This document shows, in pieces, positions 38,472 through 48,333 of a stretch of DNA of 64,000 nucleotides. The notes below the pieces were generated by a model. It was not told the DNA's origin and made no database searches. It saw only the letters and a list, made by a program, of their open reading frames with translations. How positions within the stretch are numbered: position 1 is the first letter of the stretch; every line of letters starts with the position of its first letter. Origin of the DNA: an uncultured bacterium. Its GTDB lineage: Bacteria; Planctomycetota; Uabimicrobiia; Uabimicrobiales; JABWCH01. The position numbers and the translations under genes were made by a program. The stretch covers positions 4,128 to 68,127 of the forward strand of contig CALKWO010000084.1 in assembly GCA_938003875.1 (NCBI GenBank). Direction: 5' to 3'.

Positions 38472-40097
38472 TTATTTTTTGTCATAATCAGGATTGAGTT
38501 TGTCCATTTCGAGTTTTTGTTTCAGATGAGGATAGAATTCAAATTCTGTATCGAATTTATCGAATTTTTCCTGCTGGGCTTTCCATTCTTGTTTTCCCAT
38601 ATTTTTCAGGTATTCTTCATTTACGATGCTGATGTTCATGAAGATCAGGAGTTCGGTTTTGATCATTTCCTGGATTTCATTGCTGAAAAGGAGTCCCAGA
38701 AGAGGAATATCGCCTAGCAAGGGTACTTTGAAACGGGTTTTACGGACAGTGTCTTCCAGAATACCACCAATGACGATGGTCTGGCGATCTCTGGCAACCA
38801 CATTGGATTCTACGATTTTTTTCTTCAAAATGGGAACGATATTTTCGATTCCATTGGCAGTATAACGGAAATTATCGATTTTGGCAGAAACTTCGCCTTT
38901 GAGAGCCAGTTTGACATTGCCATCGGAATAGATATCGGGTGTGACTTCCAGTTTGATACCAGCTTCCTTGAAGGAAATTGTGACAGTCACAGTGTTGGTA
39001 TCTTTATCCAGCTCTGAAGTAGTATAAGGAATGTCCTGGGTGACTTCAATCTTGGATGTCAGCTTGTTGGCACACAAAAGATTAGGACTGGACAAGAGTC
39101 TGGCATTGTTGCGATTGGCTGTTGCAGAGAAACCAGCAGTGAAATTATCGTGAGGACTCTTGAAAGCCATTCCCATAGTATCTGTATAACTATCAGGAAG
39201 AGCATTGAAATAGGATGGATTGACCAGCATATCGTCTAACTTCCAACCTTCGCTTTCAAAAGCAAAACCAGCACCAGTGTTGGCATCCAAAGTTACTTCC
39301 ATAACATGGCAACGGATATAGACCTGGGGTTCAGGCTGATCGGCTGTGTTGATGAATTGAGCTACTTTGTTTAGGACTTCTTCTTTGTCTCTTACAACCA
39401 GAGTCATGGTTTTTTTGTCAAAAGAAAGTTTTCCTTTGTCCTGGGTCAACATGCTTTTGATGGTTTCTTCTACATTGTCAGGATTGAGACGATTGATCTT
39501 GAAGGTTCTCTCTTGCAATCTTGCATCAATAGCACTGCTGGGATCCAGGTTTAAAAACTCTACATATTCTTTGACTTTAGCAACATTCTCAGGGGCATCC
39601 CAAACCAAAACAGCATTTCCATCACGGTTGACTTCCATCTTTCCCTGGAAGGAAAGCATGCTTCTGATTTTGGCTTCGACTTGCTCTACAGGTGTTCTGA
39701 GAAGCTGAAAATAGTTCTTTTCTGATGCGGATGTACCGCCTATTCCTAGCTTGTCATCCAGGCCAGCCTCAGCCTTTACAGCAGCTTCTTTTACTCTTTC
39801 TTCCAAAGTATAGATATTTTCCTTTTTGACGAGAAGATAGCCATGCTCATTGCAGACGATTTCCAGAAGCTTTAGAGGAGGTATGCTGTCTTTCAGTTGC
39901 AATGTGACTTTTTTGTCAATCTCTTTGGTCAGAACCAGGTTGATTTTGGCTTGCTCTGCCAACATGCGGACAACATCATCCAGTCTGGCATCTTTTAAAC
40001 TAATAGCAGGAATACCATCTTGGGCTACGATAGTAGCAAAATTTCCCAAAAGAATCATTGCTAAAACAAGCAATAAAGTTTTACATTTGAGTACCAT
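38472..40097 (-). CDS. Secretin (PilQ/GspD family) outer-membrane channel
   Basis: Signal peptide. N0/N1-like repeats. Secretin core …LLSSPNLLCANKLTSKIEVTQDIPY… and …VPLLGDIPLLGLLF…. Confidence 0.88.
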   Translation of the reverse strand: MVLKCKTLLLVLAMILLGNFATIVAQDGIPAISLKDARLDDVVRMLAEQAKINLVLTKEIDKKVTLQLKDSIPPLKLLEIVCNEHGYLLVKKENIYTLEERVKEAAVKAEAGLDDKLGIGGTSASEKNYFQLLRTPVEQVEAKIRSMLSFQGKMEVNRDGNAVLVWDAPENVAKVKEYVEFLNLDPSSAIDARLQERTFKINRLNPDNVEETIKSMLTQDKGKLSFDKKTMTLVVRDKEEVLNKVAQFINTADQPEPQVYIRCHVMEVTLDANTGAGFAFESEGWKLDDMLVNPSYFNALPDSYTDTMGMAFKSPHDNFTAGFSATANRNNARLLSSPNLLCANKLTSKIEVTQDIPYTTSELDKDTNTVTVTISFKEAGIKLEVTPDIYSDGNVKLALKGEVSAKIDNFRYTANGIENIVPILKKKIVESNVVARDRQTIVIGGILEDTVRKTRFKVPLLGDIPLLGLLFSNEIQEMIKTELLIFMNISIVNEEYLKNMGKQEWKAQQEKFDKFDTEFEFYPHLKQKLEMDKLNPDYDKK

Positions 40098-40172
40098 GAA
40101 AGTTCTCCACTCCTAAATTGTAAATAAAGGAACAATAGTATGATAAAACGACCTTGAGAAGGCAATAGAGAA

Positions 40173-40745
40173 CTATTTTTTGATAGCTTTCTCTACTTTT
40201 TTTCCTTCCACGGAAAACACAATAGCATCCGAACGAATTTCCAAAATTTTTACTTTTCCCTCTTTTATGGATTCGCCTACTCTGACGAATTTATTTTCAC
40301 CACCAACTTTGATATTGGCGTTGCCATAGAAAATCCCTACGATTTCCACATCGTCCAGGTTTATCGCTTCCCCCTGTACTGTAGAAGGAGGAAAATAAAA
40401 ATACCTTTCTAATCGGGAGATTTTTTGAATTTGCTCGCCCATTTTGGCATTCATAATCTCCAGTTCCTGGAGTTTATAAACTTTTTCTACGTCCAGTTGC
40501 ATGTCCGCTTCTTTCTGTAGTTCGGTCAGAGCCAATATCAAGTCTTTTGCACTGGGATTCTCTTTGTTTGTGACTTTTTCCCATACGCTGGGAGGCACAA
40601 ACGCTTCCCCTTCGGTTTCCTCTATTCTCTTTTCTGAGAACTGGACTTGCGCCAGAAGAGGAACTTCAAATGTAGAAAGATATGCCATAGCTCCTATGCA
40701 AAAAAGTACAGGCATAAGAACTGCGAAGAGATAGGATTTATTCAT
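40173..40745 (-). CDS. Bitopic pilus/secretion assembly protein: TM + coiled coil + PilP/GspC-like C-terminal beta domain
   Basis: N-terminal TM helix, then a coiled coil. C-terminal …VEIVGIFYGNANIKVGGENKFVRVGESIKEGKVKILEIRSDAIVFSVEG… resembles PilP/GspC HR domains. 4-nt overlap with the upstream gene. Confidence 0.5.
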   Translation of the reverse strand: MNKSYLFAVLMPVLFCIGAMAYLSTFEVPLLAQVQFSEKRIEETEGEAFVPPSVWEKVTNKENPSAKDLILALTELQKEADMQLDVEKVYKLQELEIMNAKMGEQIQKISRLERYFYFPPSTVQGEAINLDDVEIVGIFYGNANIKVGGENKFVRVGESIKEGKVKILEIRSDAIVFSVEGKKVEKAIKK

Positions 40746-41176
40746 TGTAAATTTTTCACTCCATCAATTTTCCAAGTTCCATTTTCTTCCACAAACACAA
40801 ACATGGTTCTGTTGTTCTGAAAATTGACTGTAGTGATTGCCCAAATTTGTTTGCCATTATAAGCACTCTGGACAATCGTGTCTATTCTTGCGTCTTTCAG
40901 ATGCTCGCTCCCTACCTGCTGCATATTCTGAGAAAATCTTTCCAGAGAGCGATCTTTCTGCCATCTACTAGACAGCATTTGATAGGCTTTTTTCCAATCT
41001 TGATGTTCACATGCTGCCTTAAACTGCATAAAAGCATCTTTTTGCGGGGTCAAGGCCTTAGGCTTGGACTCCGATTCCTGGATCAGCTCATTTTCTTCAT
41101 TGACCTTGACCCAGCAACCCGACAGAAAAAACATGCACACAAGACAAACAGAAAGATAGAATTTTTTTATACCCAT
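40742..41176 (-). CDS. Lipoprotein, NTF2/DUF4878-like fold suspected
   Basis: Lipobox FFLSGC. 144 aa. Lies inside the pilus cluster. Confidence 0.5.
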   Translation of the reverse strand: MGIKKFYLSVCLVCMFFLSGCWVKVNEENELIQESESKPKALTPQKDAFMQFKAACEHQDWKKAYQMLSSRWQKDRSLERFSQNMQQVGSEHLKDARIDTIVQSAYNGKQIWAITTVNFQNNRTMFVFVEENGTWKIDGVKNLQ

Positions 41177-41244
41177 TTTTTACCTAAAGTTCAAGAAAAA
41201 TTCTTAAAATTTGTTTTAGTCAAGTAGAATCTTATAACTTTCGC

Positions 41245-42357
41245 TCAATCTAAATTATTGGATTTTACCTTTGGTACAGAAGAGGTAGTATCAAAAATAT
41301 ATGCTGTACCCCATGCATCTGTATAATATTCACCCGTGCCATTGGTTCCAGGCAATAAAGGAGGAGATTGATTCTGCATATATCGAAGCGCAGTCTGCCA
41401 AGATGTTGGGATTGCTGGTGTATAACCTGCGTTCCGATAGTAATTCAGGGCTGCATTGATGGCATCAATTTCTGCTAGAGTTACGTCCCTTTTAATATCA
41501 GATACATAAACAATCTTTATCTGATCATCGCCTTGAGGATTCATTTGAGTGGCGGGTGTCTGGTGTATTCTGTCTGGCCCTGCACTCTGGATTTTAAATT
41601 GGTTATTGGAAATAAAAATCGCTCTATAACGGTTTCTCCAGATATCATAAAGCACTGTATTCTCCTCTGGTGTTTTGGGAAGACGCTCAGACGATATATA
41701 AGGGCCATTCCAGCCAGCAACACCTGGATTTTGGTATAAATACAATAGATTTCTTTCAGGAGGTGTAACTCCTGTTACAGGAGGCCATTGATTTGTATCT
41801 CGGTTATAATCACGAATTGCCCTGGCAAGTTTATCCATAGATTCTGTTAGGTCAACATTTCGTTTTTTTATTGCAAGATCGCCTACATAAGCTTGTTTTA
41901 CAATATCGTCGCCTTGCATACTTGCATGGTATGCTTTATCTGGGCCAGCACTTTGTATTTTCAAAATAATGTCTGGATTGTCAGTGTCTGGGATAGCTCT
42001 ATAGGGCATTCTCCATTTATCGTAGAGAACAGTGTTGTCTTCTGCATCTGTAGAAATATAGTTCGTTGCAATATAAGGGCCTCGCCAACCAGGAATTGAA
42101 GGTCCTAGCGTTCTATCAAACAAATAGCGTAAATTTCTTTGCTGCGGCGTAGTGCCACCAATAGGAGGCCATTGTCCTACATCTCGATAGTAATAATATA
42201 CCGCTTTGGCAATAGCATCCATATTTTTGATTGTTTCTTGTTCTCTTTCTAGGTCTATAAGTCTGCTTCCTGTAGGTAATAATGTCCCTGCAACCATAGC
42301 CATGAGAGCAAGAACTACAATCATTTCTATAAAGGTAAAGCCTTTTTGATATCTCAT
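41245..42357 (-). CDS. Large type IV pilin / pseudopilin with about three tandem GspG-like modules (paralog 2)
   Basis: Prepilin leader and methylation motif MRYQKG|FTFIEMIVVLALMAMVAG. Repeated …YYRD.GQWPP…NL.YL…GW.GPYI…DNTVLYD.WR..YRA…IQSAGPD…QGDD… blocks. ATG 42357 with AAGGA RBS. Confidence 0.85.
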   Translation of the reverse strand: MRYQKGFTFIEMIVVLALMAMVAGTLLPTGSRLIDLEREQETIKNMDAIAKAVYYYYRDVGQWPPIGGTTPQQRNLRYLFDRTLGPSIPGWRGPYIATNYISTDAEDNTVLYDKWRMPYRAIPDTDNPDIILKIQSAGPDKAYHASMQGDDIVKQAYVGDLAIKKRNVDLTESMDKLARAIRDYNRDTNQWPPVTGVTPPERNLLYLYQNPGVAGWNGPYISSERLPKTPEENTVLYDIWRNRYRAIFISNNQFKIQSAGPDRIHQTPATQMNPQGDDQIKIVYVSDIKRDVTLAEIDAINAALNYYRNAGYTPAIPTSWQTALRYMQNQSPPLLPGTNGTGEYYTDAWGTAYIFDTTSSVPKVKSNNLD

Positions 42358-42469
42358 AATTTTTTCCTTCACTTTAGAAAGTTTTTATACTTTATTTATT
42401 GTAAAAGGAAAAACAAAAATTTTCTAAAATGTATTTTTTAAAATCTGTAACTCATTTTTTTATATTGAG

Positions 42470-43603
42470 TTATTGAGTATTATTAGAGCGAACCTTTTGA
42501 CCAGCACTTATTAGACGATATTGTTGACCCCATGAATCTGTCAAATAGGGCCCAGTTCCATTGGTTCCAGTCAATAAACTGCGGTTTTGTAAATATCTTA
42601 ATGCATTTGGCCATGTTGTGTTTGGAACTATTTTAGGCGTATAGCTAGATTGAGAATGGTAATAGTCAAGAGCTTCATTGATGGCTTCAATTTCTGTCAG
42701 AGTTACCTCTCTTTGGATATCAGAGACATAAACATTCACTATAATATCATCTCCTTGAGCGGTAGTGTGGATAACAGAAGTCTGATGCACTTTATCCGAA
42801 CCAGCACTTTGGATTCTCAGTACTGTATTGGGGTAAGTAGTATCAGGGGTCACTCTATAGCGTGTTCGCCATTTATCATAAAGTACTGTGTTGTCTTCTG
42901 TAGTTTTAGGAAGAAGCGAAGACATGATATAAGGGCCATTCCATCCTGTAATGCCTGGATTTTGATATAAATATAATAAATTTCTTTCAGGCGGAGTAAC
43001 TCCTGTTGTAGGAGGCCACTGGCCTATATCTCGGTAGTAAGAACGTACAGCATTAGCAATTTCTTTCATACTGTTTGTTACTACATCTTCTTGCTCGACA
43101 ATGGTAAGATCCCCTACATACACCTGTCTTACAATATCATCACCTTGAGCAGTCATCTGGTTAGTATTAGTTTGAAATGTTTTATCTCTGCCAGCACTCT
43201 GTATTCCCAAGATATAGTTGTTGGATGATGTATCGGGTACTGCTCTGTAAGCAGTTCTCCATTTATCATAAAGAATAGTATTGTCTGCTGCATCTGTAGA
43301 AAGAAAATTCGATGAAATATAAGGTCCTCTCCAGCCAGGAATTGCCCCCCCTAGAGTTCTATCATATAAATATCTTAAATTTTTTTGTGGAGCAGTAACT
43401 CCAGTGGTTGGTGGCCATTGCCCAACATCTCGATAATAAGAACGCACGCCCTCGGCAATTGCGTCCATATTATCCATGGTTACTCTCTCTCTTTCGTTCT
43501 CTAGTATTTGCATCCCAGCAGGCACCAAAGTACCCGCAACTATAGCCATAACAGAAAGCACCACAACCATTTCAATTAAAGTAAAACCTTTTTGGTGTCG
43601 CAT
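42470..43603 (-). CDS. Large type IV pilin / pseudopilin with about three tandem GspG-like modules (paralog 1)
   Basis: MRHQKG|FTLIEMVVVLSVMAIVAG. Same modular repeat pattern as its neighbour. Strong GGAGGAG RBS. Confidence 0.88.
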   Translation of the reverse strand: MRHQKGFTLIEMVVVLSVMAIVAGTLVPAGMQILENERERVTMDNMDAIAEGVRSYYRDVGQWPPTTGVTAPQKNLRYLYDRTLGGAIPGWRGPYISSNFLSTDAADNTILYDKWRTAYRAVPDTSSNNYILGIQSAGRDKTFQTNTNQMTAQGDDIVRQVYVGDLTIVEQEDVVTNSMKEIANAVRSYYRDIGQWPPTTGVTPPERNLLYLYQNPGITGWNGPYIMSSLLPKTTEDNTVLYDKWRTRYRVTPDTTYPNTVLRIQSAGSDKVHQTSVIHTTAQGDDIIVNVYVSDIQREVTLTEIEAINEALDYYHSQSSYTPKIVPNTTWPNALRYLQNRSLLTGTNGTGPYLTDSWGQQYRLISAGQKVRSNNTQ

Positions 43604-43626
43604 ATTTTCTCCTCCACAAGAAATTT

Positions 43627-44847
43627 TTATTTTTTCCCAACGATTTTCAAAAGATCGTAGATTGGCATCAATGTTCCCATGATGATAAAAAGCACGATTC
43701 CACCAGCACCAAAAATGATCAGGTTTTCTGTAATCTGTAAGAATCGCTTGATAGAATTGGGAATTTCCTGGTCATAGAAAATACATACCTTTTGCAAGCT
43801 TTCATCCAGCTTACCTGCTTCATCTCCTACTTTTACCATGGTAACGACAAGAGAAGGAAAAACTTCTGTGGCTTTCATGGCAACGGAAAACCTTTCTCCT
43901 TCCTGGATGGCTTTGGAGACTTGCTGTATTTTTTTCTTGAGATAATGGTTGGAAAGCACTTCTTCGCAATAGCCAAGGGAATCGCTGACATCCACACCTG
44001 ATTTTTGCAGTGAAGCCAGTGTGCTGCAAAATGCAGAGGCATTGTCTTTGATGATTAATGGACCAAAAAGTGGTAGATTCAGCAACCATTTATCCGTTGT
44101 CAGGCGCATTCCTGGATTTCTGCGAGAAATAATAATCATAAATACGCCAGCAATGGCTAATACAATAAGAATCAAAGCATTGTTGATCAGGAAGTTGCTG
44201 GCCCCCTGGATGACCCTTGTAGGGAAAGGAAGGAGAACGCCTGCATCACTATATACCTGGACGATCTTGGGCAACAGATAAAGCAGCAAAACCAAAATCA
44301 GACAAAAAACGGCAAACGATAGCGTTACAGGATAGATCATAGCACTGACCAATCTGCCTTTTGTCTCTTCCCTTCTTTCGATAAAACGAATCAAGCTATC
44401 CAATGCTGTATCGAGATTACCTGTGGCTTCGCCAACGCGAATCAATGCTATATAAATTTTGGGGAATACTTTAGGATACGCAGCCAGGGCATCGGAAAGA
44501 GAGCTTCCATTCTTGAGTGCCATGCAAACATTGTCCAGTACCTGGGCAAAATAAGGATTGGATGTTTCACCCTTTAAATCCTCCAGCCCAGAGATCAAGG
44601 GAACACCAGCAGAGTACAGCGTCTTTAGATGATGGGTGAAGGGTAGAACATCTTTCATCTTCACTGTGCCTGTTATCTCTGCTTTTTTGGGCGCGTCTGT
44701 AGATTTAGCAACAGCGTATTTAACCAATGTGAGATTCTGTGCTTTGACTTTGGACAAAAGATCGGCTATGGATTCCGCCTCCATAGTGCTGTTGATTTCA
44801 TCGCCTTTGTTGTTTCTGGCTTTATAAGAATACATTGTTTTTGCCAT
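43627..44847 (-). CDS. Type II secretion / type IV pilus platform protein (GspF/PilC family)
   Basis: 406 aa, two T2SSF-like halves each followed by TM helices. Lies between the ATPase and the pilins. Confidence 0.88.
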   Translation of the reverse strand: MAKTMYSYKARNNKGDEINSTMEAESIADLLSKVKAQNLTLVKYAVAKSTDAPKKAEITGTVKMKDVLPFTHHLKTLYSAGVPLISGLEDLKGETSNPYFAQVLDNVCMALKNGSSLSDALAAYPKVFPKIYIALIRVGEATGNLDTALDSLIRFIERREETKGRLVSAMIYPVTLSFAVFCLILVLLLYLLPKIVQVYSDAGVLLPFPTRVIQGASNFLINNALILIVLAIAGVFMIIISRRNPGMRLTTDKWLLNLPLFGPLIIKDNASAFCSTLASLQKSGVDVSDSLGYCEEVLSNHYLKKKIQQVSKAIQEGERFSVAMKATEVFPSLVVTMVKVGDEAGKLDESLQKVCIFYDQEIPNSIKRFLQITENLIIFGAGGIVLFIIMGTLMPIYDLLKIVGKK

Positions 44848-44895
44848 CGTACGATCCTTTTATTGATATTTCACAATGAATTGACAGCCTTAAAA

Positions 44896-46599
44896 TTAAT
44901 GCTCTGGTAAAACTCTCATGGCTTCCAGTATTGTTGTGGTTCCATCCAATACTTTTGCTCTTGCATCTTGTTTGAAGAATGTCATTCCTTTTGCAATACA
45001 GAATTTTTTCAGTTCGATTTCATCTACTTTCTGGAGCATGAGACTACGAACATCGTCATCGGGCATGAAAAGCTCATAGATAGCCCTTCTTCCTCTATAC
45101 CCATTGCCTTTGCATTTTTTACAGCCAACCTGTTTGTAAAGTTTGAGTTGCTGCTCTGGTGGATACCCCAGCCATTCATTTTCTTGCGGAGTGGACATAT
45201 AGGACTCTTTGCAATAAGGGCAAAGTGCACGAGCCAGACGCTGGGCAAGAACGCCATTTAAAATGGAAGTGAGCATAAAAAGATCAATGTCCATATAGAG
45301 AAGACGCGGAATAGCACCAATAGCCGTGTTAGTATGAAGTGTGCTAAGGACAAGATGCCCTGTCTGCGCTGCATGAACAGCCATCTCTGCTGTTTCTTTA
45401 TCTCGAATTTCTCCCACGAGAATAACATTAGGGTCATGGCGTAAGAATGCTCTCAAACCCGTTGCAAAGGTATACCCGATAGAGTGGTTTACCTGGGATT
45501 GACGAATAAAGGGAAGCTGATATTCTACAGGGTCTTCGATAGTGACGATGTTTTTTTCAATCGCGTTCAGGCTCTTAAGACAAGAGTAAAGACTGGTGGA
45601 CTTTCCTGAACCTGTTGGCCCAGTTACAAGAAATAGCCCAAAATTTTTAGAAATGATGTTTTCTATATTTTTGAGCATCTCTCGGTTAAAGCCTATGGAG
45701 CGTAAACTGAAAAGTTTATTCTTTTCGAGAATACGAATGACGATGTTTTCCCCATGCGTAATCGGCATGGTAGAAACACGAAGATCAATGTCTATTTTAT
45801 CTTGCTTAAAGCTGATTTTTCCATCCTGTGGCAATCTGCGTTCGGAAATGTTCAACTTTGCCATGAGCTTAATACGGGAAATGATACTGTTTTGCAATTC
45901 TGTAGGAATCGAAGGCCCAGAACATAGAATACCATCTACTCTGTATCTCATCTGAACATGGCTGCCCAGTGGGTTGATATGAATATCGCTCGCCTTCCAC
46001 GCAGCACCCAAAGCAAGGAGCTGGTCTACCAGAGTTTGAACAGGTAAGCTGGATGCATCCGTATCCGTAGTTCCTTCCAGCTCTTTAAGGCATCTCTGGA
46101 TTGTTTCCTGGATGCTTTCATCCAAAGCTTCTTTTTTGGTTTTGTCAAAATAATAACCGTCTATTGCTTTGAGTACCTCTTCTTCTGAAACGGAAACGCA
46201 TTTTACGATAAGACTTTCGTCGGTATTTCGAATCAGATCGTTGATAGCATCCATAGCAACGATATCATAAGGATTAGACAAACCAACGGTCAGTTCGCCT
46301 TCCTGTATGTAAAGAGGTATACATTTATATTTGACGACAAACTCAGGCGGAAACAATTTTATAACTTCAGGGGCAATTTCAATGCCCTCAAGAGTGGGAA
46401 TATGTTCTATATCCAGATCCAGACAGAGCAAGCTTGTCAGAGTCTCTTCCGTAATAAAGCCTCTGTTTACGAGAATTTTTCCAAGAGATTCGTGCGTCTG
46501 CTTTTGCTCCGCCAGGGCTACGTCAATCTGTTGTTGTGTAACACAGCGCAAAGCAATAAGATTATCAACCAATTTGGTCATTTTTGTTGAAATTGCCAT
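44896..46599 (-). CDS. Type II secretion / type IV pilus assembly ATPase (GspE/PilB family)
   Basis: N-terminal GSPII_E_N-like domain. Walker A GPTGSGKST. Tetracysteine CPYC…CKKCKGNGYRGR. His box GHLVLSTLHTN. Confidence 0.92.
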   Translation of the reverse strand: MAISTKMTKLVDNLIALRCVTQQQIDVALAEQKQTHESLGKILVNRGFITEETLTSLLCLDLDIEHIPTLEGIEIAPEVIKLFPPEFVVKYKCIPLYIQEGELTVGLSNPYDIVAMDAINDLIRNTDESLIVKCVSVSEEEVLKAIDGYYFDKTKKEALDESIQETIQRCLKELEGTTDTDASSLPVQTLVDQLLALGAAWKASDIHINPLGSHVQMRYRVDGILCSGPSIPTELQNSIISRIKLMAKLNISERRLPQDGKISFKQDKIDIDLRVSTMPITHGENIVIRILEKNKLFSLRSIGFNREMLKNIENIISKNFGLFLVTGPTGSGKSTSLYSCLKSLNAIEKNIVTIEDPVEYQLPFIRQSQVNHSIGYTFATGLRAFLRHDPNVILVGEIRDKETAEMAVHAAQTGHLVLSTLHTNTAIGAIPRLLYMDIDLFMLTSILNGVLAQRLARALCPYCKESYMSTPQENEWLGYPPEQQLKLYKQVGCKKCKGNGYRGRRAIYELFMPDDDVRSLMLQKVDEIELKKFCIAKGMTFFKQDARAKVLDGTTTILEAMRVLPEH

Positions 46600-46814
46600 A
46601 GTTTTACTCTACTCTATAGAAAATAAAATTTTCAAGGAAAAATACTTTTTGATGCTTCTTTTTTCCAGCATATAAAATTTTATTTAAAAATCAAGAACTA
46701 TTCTAAATTCCTTGCGAACTTTTTTATTTTAATTTTTTTTAATTTTTGGTATTCTGTAATTTATTGACAAATATAAACATTATTTTATTGTAAAAACATT
46801 TGTATAGGAAAACA

Positions 46815-47528
46815 ATGGAAAGAATAAATGCATTTTTAAGCACTGCACCTGCCCTGATTTTATATCAGGGAGATTTGGAAAAAGCCAGACAAAAGGGTAC
46901 GATTCTTTTTTATCATGGTTTGGGAGCGTGCAAAGAATCTCAGGAAAAAGAAATTGTAAGCCTTGCACAGCATGGTTTTCTGACGGTTGCCCTGGACAAT
47001 ATAGGGCATGGGCAAAGAAAGTACAAAGATTTTGAAAAAAAATTTTCGATGAACAATCCTGCTCTGGAATACGACTTTACAAAAGCCGTACAGGAAACAG
47101 CCAAGGAAACGCCTGATGTAATACATGCTCTCTTGGAAAGAGGCCTGGCTCAAGCAGGCAAAATAGGAATATGCGGAATTTCTATGGGAGGCTACATTGT
47201 ATATTCTGCTCTTTTAAACAAGTGTGGTATACAGGCAGGTGTTTCGATTCTGGGGTCGCCTACATGGAAAATCCAGAATACAGAAAGCCCTCACCACTTT
47301 CCAGAGCGTTTTTTTCCAGTGGCTTTTCTGGCTATGAATGCAGGATCGGACAGAAGCGTTCCGCCCAAATTCGCAAGGGAATTCCACGAAAGACTCAAGC
47401 CTTTTTACAAAGCCTCCCCTGGACGGCTTTCTTACAAAGAATACCCAGGAGCCGACCATTTTATGCCAGAAAAAGACTGGAATGATTTGTGGGTGAGAAC
47501 GCTCGAATGGTTTGATTCTTTTTTATAA
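46815..47528 (+). CDS. Alpha/beta hydrolase (dienelactone hydrolase / S9-like)
   Basis: Nucleophile elbow GISMGG. C-terminal …PGADHF… histidine. ATG 46815 preferred over the TTG at 46800. Confidence 0.7.
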   Translation: MERINAFLSTAPALILYQGDLEKARQKGTILFYHGLGACKESQEKEIVSLAQHGFLTVALDNIGHGQRKYKDFEKKFSMNNPALEYDFTKAVQETAKETPDVIHALLERGLAQAGKIGICGISMGGYIVYSALLNKCGIQAGVSILGSPTWKIQNTESPHHFPERFFPVAFLAMNAGSDRSVPPKFAREFHERLKPFYKASPGRLSYKEYPGADHFMPEKDWNDLWVRTLEWFDSFL

Positions 47529-47543
47529 AACACTAGGGCGAAA

Positions 47544-48332
47544 TCAATTATCGGATTTATTCATTTCTCTCCAGGGAACCAAAATACTATAAAGCCTTTG
47601 CATTAAAAAATTGAAGCTGCTGCCTAAAAGAGAAATAACAACAAGTGTAGCATACAATTCTGCCAGATGCAATGTCTCCCAGGCGAACCATATCAGCGTT
47701 CCCAAACCATTTTTAGCAGAAATGATTTCTATTGCAATTGTATTGACAAGACTCATGTTAAGGGCAAGACGCACTCCGCTCAATGTTGAGGGCATGCTTG
47801 CGGGCAAGATCACACGGAGAAAAATATGATAATTGCCTGCGCCATAGCTGCGTGCAATTTCATAATAGTCTTTTGGGATTTGCATGACTCCACTCATGGT
47901 ATTGATAACCATAGGGAAAAAAGAGGCCAGGGCAATAGAAAATATTTTACTGGCCTCACCAATCCCTAAAATAGCCATAATTAAAGGAAGAAGGGCTATC
48001 TTAGGGATGGGATGTATGGCTGCAATGAAGGGGTCTATCATATTGCGAAAAAAGGAAGAATACCCCATTAATATACCCAAGATAAAACCTACATTGCATC
48101 CTATCAGAAAACCAAATAATAATCTCTGCAAAGTCGCCAATAGATGTATTGACAAGGTGCCATCCATGAAAAAGGAATATATTGTCTGTAAAATTTTACA
48201 AGGAGATGGGAAAAAAAAGGAAGAGATAATTCCATGGCGAGAAAAGAATTCCCAACTACTTAGCACAAGGAAAACAAACAGACAAGATATACATATTCCT
48301 TTTTGTGTATATTTTTTTTTCAAAATTTTCAT
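47544..48332 (-). CDS. ABC importer permease (SsuC/TauC/NrtB-type, BPD_transp_1)
   Basis: 6-TM protein with an EAA-loop-like ARSYGAGNYHIFLRVILPASMP. Confidence 0.85.
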   Translation of the reverse strand: MKILKKKYTQKGICISCLFVFLVLSSWEFFSRHGIISSFFFPSPCKILQTIYSFFMDGTLSIHLLATLQRLLFGFLIGCNVGFILGILMGYSSFFRNMIDPFIAAIHPIPKIALLPLIMAILGIGEASKIFSIALASFFPMVINTMSGVMQIPKDYYEIARSYGAGNYHIFLRVILPASMPSTLSGVRLALNMSLVNTIAIEIISAKNGLGTLIWFAWETLHLAELYATLVVISLLGSSFNFLMQRLYSILVPWREMNKSDN

Positions 48333-48333
48333 C

